From NCBI GenBank assembly GCA_965658655.1, contig CBFHTA010000001.1:200722-264721 (forward strand): 64,000 bases of DNA. Reading direction: 5' to 3'. The DNA comes from Candidatus Babelota bacterium. Its GTDB lineage: Bacteria; Babelota; Babeliae; Babelales; CAIQNR01. Below the pieces are notes generated by a model, which did no database searches, had not been told where the DNA came from, and saw nothing but the letters and a program-made list of their open reading frames with translations. The translations under genes were made by a program, and so were the position numbers. Below are positions 58,497-64,000 of this stretch, one piece after another (the first letter of the stretch is position 1; each line of letters starts with the position of its first letter).

Positions 58497-59728
58497 AAAA
58501 AGTTTTTGCTGACAAAATTGTGTCAGCTATAGACATTGGAACCACCAAGATTTGTGTATTAATCGGCCATAAGCTTGGCGATGGTCAGGTAGAAATACTG
58601 GGTGTAGGAAAAGTGCCATCAGAAGGTTTGAAAAAAGGTGTGGTTGTGGATATTGCCAAAACGGTGCGCTCGATTCGAGCTGCTGTGAAAGAGGCAGAAT
58701 TAATGGCAGACATGACGATTGAATCTGCAGTTGTAGGAATTGCTGGGGCACATATTACGTCTCGTAATGCATACGGTGCAGTGCCGATTGAAAAAGGTCA
58801 AGTGACCGATGAAGATATTTCGGCAGTTGTTGCTGCAGCTAAAGCAGTTCCACTTGCAGAAGGCCAACAAGTGCTTCATGTGCTTCCACAGTTTTTTAGC
58901 ATTGATGGTTCAGATAGAATTCAAGATCCACTAGGAATGCATGGAATTCGACTCGAGGCGCAAGTTCACATGGTAACTGGTGGCATTACTTCAGTTCAAA
59001 ATTTAGTGACCTGCTGTGAGCGTGCTGGTGTAAAAGTACAAGATGTAGTGCTTGAGCAACTTGCTTCTGCCCAAGCAGTTCTCAACCAAGATGAGCGTGA
59101 GTTGGGTGTGGGCGTTATTGATATTGGCGGTGGAACTTCTGATTTGGCTTTGTATCAAAATGGAAGCATTCGTCATACAATGGTGCTTCCCATAGCTGGG
59201 AACCATTTTACCAATGACCTTGCAATAGGATTGCGTGTTACAGTCAGTGATGCTGAACGCGTTAAGCGAGAATATGGACTTGCAAGCACCGATTTGTTAT
59301 TAGAAGACAAAGAGGTAGAAGTAGAGATGGTCCAAGGGGGAAGGAGACAAATGACAAACACAAACACAATTGCCGAAATTCTCGAACCGCGAGCACAAGA
59401 GCTTCTTTCTATTATTCATGAAGAAGTTATTGCTCGTAACATGCAAGGTTTGCTTGTCTCAGGATTAGTTATTACCGGCGGCGGATCTCTACTCGATGGC
59501 ATCAAAGAAGTTGCAGAGTCTCTTTTTGAGGTTCCTGTACGAATAGGAAAACCAAAAATTGTGCATGATGATCCAGAGATTTTAGGGAATCCGATTTATG
59601 CAACAGGCTACGGTCTTCTTCTTTATGCGACCAAAAAGAATCATGGCGGCGGGCTCTTTGATGATGATCAAAAAGGAGTTGCGCGTCTTTTAACACGAAT
59701 GAAATCATGGGTATCTGATTTCTTTTAG
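58493..59728 (+). CDS. ftsA: Cell division protein FtsA
   Basis: DIGTTKI, IDIGGGT, VITGGGS, C-terminal amphipathic RMKSWVSDFF. Confidence 0.97.
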   Translation: MKKVFADKIVSAIDIGTTKICVLIGHKLGDGQVEILGVGKVPSEGLKKGVVVDIAKTVRSIRAAVKEAELMADMTIESAVVGIAGAHITSRNAYGAVPIEKGQVTDEDISAVVAAAKAVPLAEGQQVLHVLPQFFSIDGSDRIQDPLGMHGIRLEAQVHMVTGGITSVQNLVTCCERAGVKVQDVVLEQLASAQAVLNQDERELGVGVIDIGGGTSDLALYQNGSIRHTMVLPIAGNHFTNDLAIGLRVTVSDAERVKREYGLASTDLLLEDKEVEVEMVQGGRRQMTNTNTIAEILEPRAQELLSIIHEEVIARNMQGLLVSGLVITGGGSLLDGIKEVAESLFEVPVRIGKPKIVHDDPEILGNPIYATGYGLLLYATKKNHGGGLFDDDQKGVARLLTRMKSWVSDFF

Positions 59729-59751
59729 ATCTCAAAAAAAAGGAGAGCACA

Positions 59752-61071
59752 ATGATAGAGTTTGATCGGGAGGAAAGTCACGCAACACCCTTAGCATCGA
59801 TCAAGGTTGTAGGTGTTGGTGGAGCTGGAGGAAATACTATAAATTGTATGATTGAATCTGGATACAGTGGTGTTGAATTTTTAGCGGTTAACACCGATGC
59901 GCAAGCACTTAAAGATTCTCGTGCACATGTAAAACTGCAAATCGGTCAAAAGTCTACTAAGGGTTTAGGTGCCGGTGCTAATCCAGACGTTGGTCAACGT
60001 GCTGCAGAAGAAGATATCGATAAAGTTATGGAACATCTTCAAACAGCAGACATTGTGTTTGTAACTGGTGGCATGGGTGGTGGGACTGGTTCTGGTGCAC
60101 TTCATGTAATTGTTAAAGCGCTTAAAGAAAAAGGTATTTTAACTATTGCAATTATTACTAAACCATTTGGTTTTGAAGGTAGAAAACGCTCGCGTATTGC
60201 AGAAGAAGCGGTAGCAAAAGTTAAAGAGGGCGCAGATACACTGCTCATTATTCCAAACCAAAAATTACTCGATCTTGTTGACGACAAAGTTTCTATGATC
60301 GACGGTTTTAATATGATCAATGAAGTGCTTAACCAATCGGTTAAAGGTATTTCAGACATTATTACGCGTGCAGGTCACATTAATGTAGACTTTGCAGATG
60401 TGCGAGAAATTATGAAAGACCAAGGTCTTGCGGTAATGGGAACTGCTCGTGCAACTGGTGATCATCGTGCTAAGAAAGCGGCACTCGAGGCAATTTCTTC
60501 TCCATTATTAGAGAACATGAGCATTGCAGGAGCACGTGGTGTCCTTCTTAATATTACTGGTGGTTCGAACCTTGGATTGCATGAAATTAGCGAAGCAGCT
60601 TCAATTATTTATGATCAAGCAGATGAAAATGCAAATATTATTCTGGGTTCGGTTATAGATAAAGAAATAGGTGATGAAGTTTCTGTTACTGTTATAGCAA
60701 CAGGTTTTGACGAAAGTTGCGAAGTTGTAGACCGTTCAATTCCAACTGCAGTGCGTGATGAACATCCTGAAGTACGGCAAGCTACTGGTGGAGACGGAAA
60801 CAGTGGAGATGTTGAAGAGATTGTTGAAGACGAAAGCACTCCTCTTCCACCAATAGAACCAGAAGAAGATGAGCACTCAATGAAGCCTGCGCAAGATTCA
60901 GGTGAATTAAAACCAGAAGCGCCTCGCCCTCAAGAAGAACAACGTCAAGAACAAAGAGAAGCGCAATCTGTTGTAGAAGAACAATCAGGTTCGGTCAATG
61001 TTAATGATCTTGATGTTCCAACATTTATGCGCAAAAAGGGTCAGCATCAAAAATATAATAAGAACGACTAA
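59752..61071 (+). CDS. ftsZ: Cell division protein FtsZ
   Basis: GVGGAGGN, GGMGGGTGSG, NVDFAD, C-terminal LDVPTFMRK. Confidence 0.98.
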   Translation: MIEFDREESHATPLASIKVVGVGGAGGNTINCMIESGYSGVEFLAVNTDAQALKDSRAHVKLQIGQKSTKGLGAGANPDVGQRAAEEDIDKVMEHLQTADIVFVTGGMGGGTGSGALHVIVKALKEKGILTIAIITKPFGFEGRKRSRIAEEAVAKVKEGADTLLIIPNQKLLDLVDDKVSMIDGFNMINEVLNQSVKGISDIITRAGHINVDFADVREIMKDQGLAVMGTARATGDHRAKKAALEAISSPLLENMSIAGARGVLLNITGGSNLGLHEISEAASIIYDQADENANIILGSVIDKEIGDEVSVTVIATGFDESCEVVDRSIPTAVRDEHPEVRQATGGDGNSGDVEEIVEDESTPLPPIEPEEDEHSMKPAQDSGELKPEAPRPQEEQRQEQREAQSVVEEQSGSVNVNDLDVPTFMRKKGQHQKYNKND

Positions 61072-61094
61072 GTTTTAAGTAAGACAACGAGCTG

Positions 61095-61123
61095 GGAGCA
61101 GGTGACCGCTGCTCCTTTTTTTT
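61095..61123 (+). terminator. Rho-independent terminator of ftsQAZ
   Basis: GGAGCAG-N7-CTGCTCC followed by T8. Confidence 0.85.
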
Positions 61124-61275
61124 GTTCATTTTTAGTTGTATTTATTTTCATAATAAGCTTAATTTAGTTTGCTTTTGAGTTAAAGAACTTACTGAATGCG
61201 TGTATTCTTGTTTTTTCAATTTCTGAAATGTTATCCTAAAGAGGTTATTTAAGAATATTATTTCAGGAGGTTAAG

Positions 61276-62364
61276 ATGAAGAAGTTATTTTTACTATTAA
61301 GTTTATATGGAATGGCGATACAGGGCGGTTCGATTTCTGAACATAAAACTTTTGCTTCTCTAGTAGCAAAAGATAAGATTCCAAAGGTTGTTAAAGGTGT
61401 TTTAAATTTGAAGGACTTGGATCTCGAAGGTCCGCTCAGAGCTCATGATTTTAAAAATATGCCTGATAAAGAGAAAGTAACAGCGATTTATTTCTATGCC
61501 AATAAGCTTACTCGAATTGAGCCAGGAGCCTTTGAAGGATTTACTGCTTTAAAAACACTGGGTCTTGGTAATAATAAGATTACTGATATTGAATCAAAAA
61601 CATTTGCAGGGCTTGCTAATTTGACAGCGCTTGATATGGCGAATAATAATATTACTCGAATTGAGCCAGGAGCCTTTGCTGAACTTACTGCTTTAAGAAC
61701 ATTGGGTCTTAGTAATAATAAGATTACTGATGTTGAATCAAAAACATTTGCAGGGCTTGCTAGTTTGACAACGCTTGATATGGCGAATAATAATATTACT
61801 CGAATTGAGCCAGGAGCCTTTGCTGAACTTACTGCTTTAAAACTTCTTCACCTTTCTTATAATGAGATTGCTCGCATTGAATCAAAAACATTTGAAGGGC
61901 TTGCTAGTCTCACTCATCTTAGTTTTACGGGTAATAAGATTAGTCATATTGAGAAAGAAGCTTTTGCTGAACTTACCGCTCTACAGGAGCTTGCTCTTGC
62001 TCATAATAAGATTAGTCATGTTGCATCAAACACATTTAAAGGGCTTGCTGCTTTAGTAAGGCTTTATCTTTATAAAAATAACATCACCCATATTGAGAAA
62101 GGAGCTTTTACAGGACTCCCTGCTCTAAAAGAACTTGCTCTTTTTAGTAATAAAATTACCCATATTGAGAAAGGAGCTTTTGTTGGGCTTACTGCTTTAA
62201 GAAAGCTTAATCTTGGAAGTAATGAGATTACTCATATTGCAGAAGGCGTTTTTGGTGATCTTATTGGTTTAAAATACCTGGACATTACGGACAACAAACT
62301 GTCTCTAGACAAAGAAAAAGCAATTAGGAAAGAGGTTCCTCAAGGTTGTATTGTAAGTTTTTAG
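61276..62364 (+). CDS. Secreted leucine-rich-repeat protein (24-aa LRRs)
   Basis: Signal peptide; ~11-12 LxxLxLxxNxIxxIxxxxF repeats; AGGAGG RBS. Confidence 0.95.
   Translation: MKKLFLLLSLYGMAIQGGSISEHKTFASLVAKDKIPKVVKGVLNLKDLDLEGPLRAHDFKNMPDKEKVTAIYFYANKLTRIEPGAFEGFTALKTLGLGNNKITDIESKTFAGLANLTALDMANNNITRIEPGAFAELTALRTLGLSNNKITDVESKTFAGLASLTTLDMANNNITRIEPGAFAELTALKLLHLSYNEIARIESKTFEGLASLTHLSFTGNKISHIEKEAFAELTALQELALAHNKISHVASNTFKGLAALVRLYLYKNNITHIEKGAFTGLPALKELALFSNKITHIEKGAFVGLTALRKLNLGSNEITHIAEGVFGDLIGLKYLDITDNKLSLDKEKAIRKEVPQGCIVSF
61508..61840 (+). repeat. 144-bp near-identical internal repeats (two LRRs per unit)
   Basis: TTACTCGAATTGAGCCAGGAGCCTTTG recurs at 61508, 61652 and 61796. 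Confidence 0.9.
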
Positions 62365-62506
62365 TAATTAAACTAGGATTTGACATTAGGCATAAATTTA
62401 AAATTTTATGTCAGGTTGGTGTCTTACCACAAGAAACTTATAACAGCTAAAGGTAGTTAAAAGTTGTATGGCAAAGTTTAAATTGAATTGTCATTGTATA
62501 CTTTAT

Positions 62507-63505
62507 TTATCTTACTTTATTAATAGGTTTTTTCTTTAAGAATGCTTTAATGTTTTCAATAGTGCTATCTAAAATCCTTTTAAGAGCAGCTTCTGTGTTA
62601 AAAGCATTATGAGGTGTAACCACTACATTGGGCAACTTCATAAGTTTGTGTTGTAGCCTTAGAAGTCGTTTCGAACATAATCGCGGATACTTTTTGTGTA
62701 AATTTTGTTGACGCTTACTGAATACACATTCTTCTTCAAGGACATCAAGCCCGGCACCAGATAAGATTTTTTTATGGAGAGCTGTCCACAAAGCTTTAGT
62801 TTCTATCAGCCCACCACGAGCAGTGTTGATTACAATAGTTCCTGGTTTAATTTTCTCTATGTTGTTCATGTTGAGCATATGTTTGGTGCTTGGTAAAAGT
62901 GGTGTATGAAATGTAATTACATCAGACTGTTTAAGTAACTGGTTAAACGTGACGTACTTAAAGTCGTATTTTTTAGGAAGCTTTGCGTCTTTATGAATAT
63001 CGTAGGCGATAACATTCATGCCAAAGCCATTGGCAATTGTAATAACATGTTTTCCAATATCTCCTATTCCTACAACGCCAATTGTTTTTTCTTTAAGATC
63101 AATTCCAGTGAGTTGAGAATGGAGTACATTGCCTTTCTGTGCCTTGTGTTCTGAAACTAATAGTTTACGTGCTACAGCAAGTAGGAGTGCAAACGCGTGC
63201 TCGGCAACTGTGTTTTGGCCATATCCAGGAACATTGCAGGTAGTGATGGTATTGATAATGTTTTGATCAATGTGGTCGTAACCGGTAGAGGTTGTGACAA
63301 TCATTTCTACGTTGGGCAATTCGCACATAATATCGTTATCTATTTTGGAGTAAATAAATACAGCTATAATGTTCGCTTTTTTTGCTTTAGAGACAGTTTT
63401 ATCGCTTAATGGTTGAGATGTAAAACTGAATGTATGCTTGGGAAGTTTTTCTTTAAGATAGGTTTCCATCCATGGTTCTACTTCATAAAAGGCGATGTGG
63501 GCCAT
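62507..63505 (-). CDS. D-2-hydroxyacid dehydrogenase (D-lactate dehydrogenase-like)
   Basis: STGYDHID, GVVGIGDIG, INTARG, GLDVLEEE, TPHNAF; start MAHIAF after AAGGAG. Confidence 0.92.
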   Translation of the reverse strand: MAHIAFYEVEPWMETYLKEKLPKHTFSFTSQPLSDKTVSKAKKANIIAVFIYSKIDNDIMCELPNVEMIVTTSTGYDHIDQNIINTITTCNVPGYGQNTVAEHAFALLLAVARKLLVSEHKAQKGNVLHSQLTGIDLKEKTIGVVGIGDIGKHVITIANGFGMNVIAYDIHKDAKLPKKYDFKYVTFNQLLKQSDVITFHTPLLPSTKHMLNMNNIEKIKPGTIVINTARGGLIETKALWTALHKKILSGAGLDVLEEECVFSKRQQNLHKKYPRLCSKRLLRLQHKLMKLPNVVVTPHNAFNTEAALKRILDSTIENIKAFLKKKPINKVR

Positions 63506-63563
63506 AGGTTTCTCCTTTAGTTTTGGTAAGAAGTATACCATGCTTGTGTTATGTTAAAGCAAT

Positions 63564-63587
63564 AAAAAAGGGCCCCATAGGGCCCTT
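63564..63587 (-). terminator. Rho-independent terminator
   Basis: AAGGGCCC-CATA-GGGCCCTT with an A tract on +, just downstream of the last gene. Confidence 0.8.
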
Positions 63588-63610
63588 GTACTTTAATATG
63601 CTAATAATAT

Positions 63611-64000
63611 TTAGAGTGGTTTTTCTTTAGCACGTCTGTTCTTAAGACCGTTTTCTGATCCAACGTGGTTAAGAAGACGAGAAAGATGAGGCATGTTGCT
63701 GTCAATAAAGCTACCCATTGTCTCTGTTGTTAATACTGCGTGTGTTGCTGCAACAGCTACACAACCAGCTACCAAGCGAACAAGAGCATTGTTTGCTTCT
63801 GTTCCGTAAGGTAGGCCATTGATAGTTTCGTTTACAGCTACTGGGTACGATGGTGTCAAATCTTTAGGCAGTTGTGTAACTACCTGGTTTCCTACAACAT
63901 AAAATGCTGCTGGATAAAGTAGTTGATCAATGCCTCGGGCAACAGCGCTCACAGCTGTTCTAATTTGTGTTCCTGCTAAGTTACGAGTTTTGTGAGCTGT
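63611..64000 (-). CDS. Hypothetical protein, partial (5' end beyond the window)
   Basis: The frame stays open from 64000 (TAHKTRNLAGTQIRTAVSAVARG...) to the stop at 63611, followed by a terminator. Confidence 0.7.
   Translation of the reverse strand, partial: TAHKTRNLAGTQIRTAVSAVARGIDQLLYPAAFYVVGNQVVTQLPKDLTPSYPVAVNETINGLPYGTEANNALVRLVAGCVAVAATHAVLTTETMGSFIDSNMPHLSRLLNHVGSENGLKNRRAKEKPL

Noticed and set aside
62365..62506. Second sRNA or promoter candidate (TTGACA near 62380, weak hairpins)
   Set aside because: No properly spaced -10 element or clear terminator; the hairpins are AT-rich and weak.

Overview
AT-rich, gene-dense bacterial chromosome segment. It mixes housekeeping genes (glnA, atpD/atpC, lon, murJ, comM, valS, tyrS, ybeY, alr, ftsQ-ftsA-ftsZ, initiator tRNA-Met) with many signal-peptide-bearing ORFans. 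Host-interaction-type genes are also present (SET-domain protein with a basic NLS-like patch, secreted LRR protein). This mix suggests a diderm, host-associated intracellular bacterium such as Candidatus Dependentiae/Babelota (TM6); that assignment is inference and was not verified. Main points of interest: (1) a translationally coupled operon of at least three giant secreted ORFans (1-8861), including a >705-aa ORF missing from the ORF track, with amphipathic/hydrophobic helices and a shared QPxVQ[A/S] motif; (2) a T2SS pseudopilin cluster gspF-G-H-I-J-K with no secretin or ATPase in the window, running straight into a long coiled-coil MCE protein; (3) a candidate ~115-nt sRNA with a near-consensus promoter, terminator and C-rich anti-SD-like tract (10238-10390); (4) normally cytosolic proteins (glutamine synthetase, Hsp20) with Sec-type signal peptides, plus a duplicated 63-bp signal-peptide cassette; (5) an S2P/M50 homolog lacking its catalytic motifs. 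No CRISPR array, rRNA, transposase or prophage was seen. All family assignments come from motifs read by eye; no searches were run.
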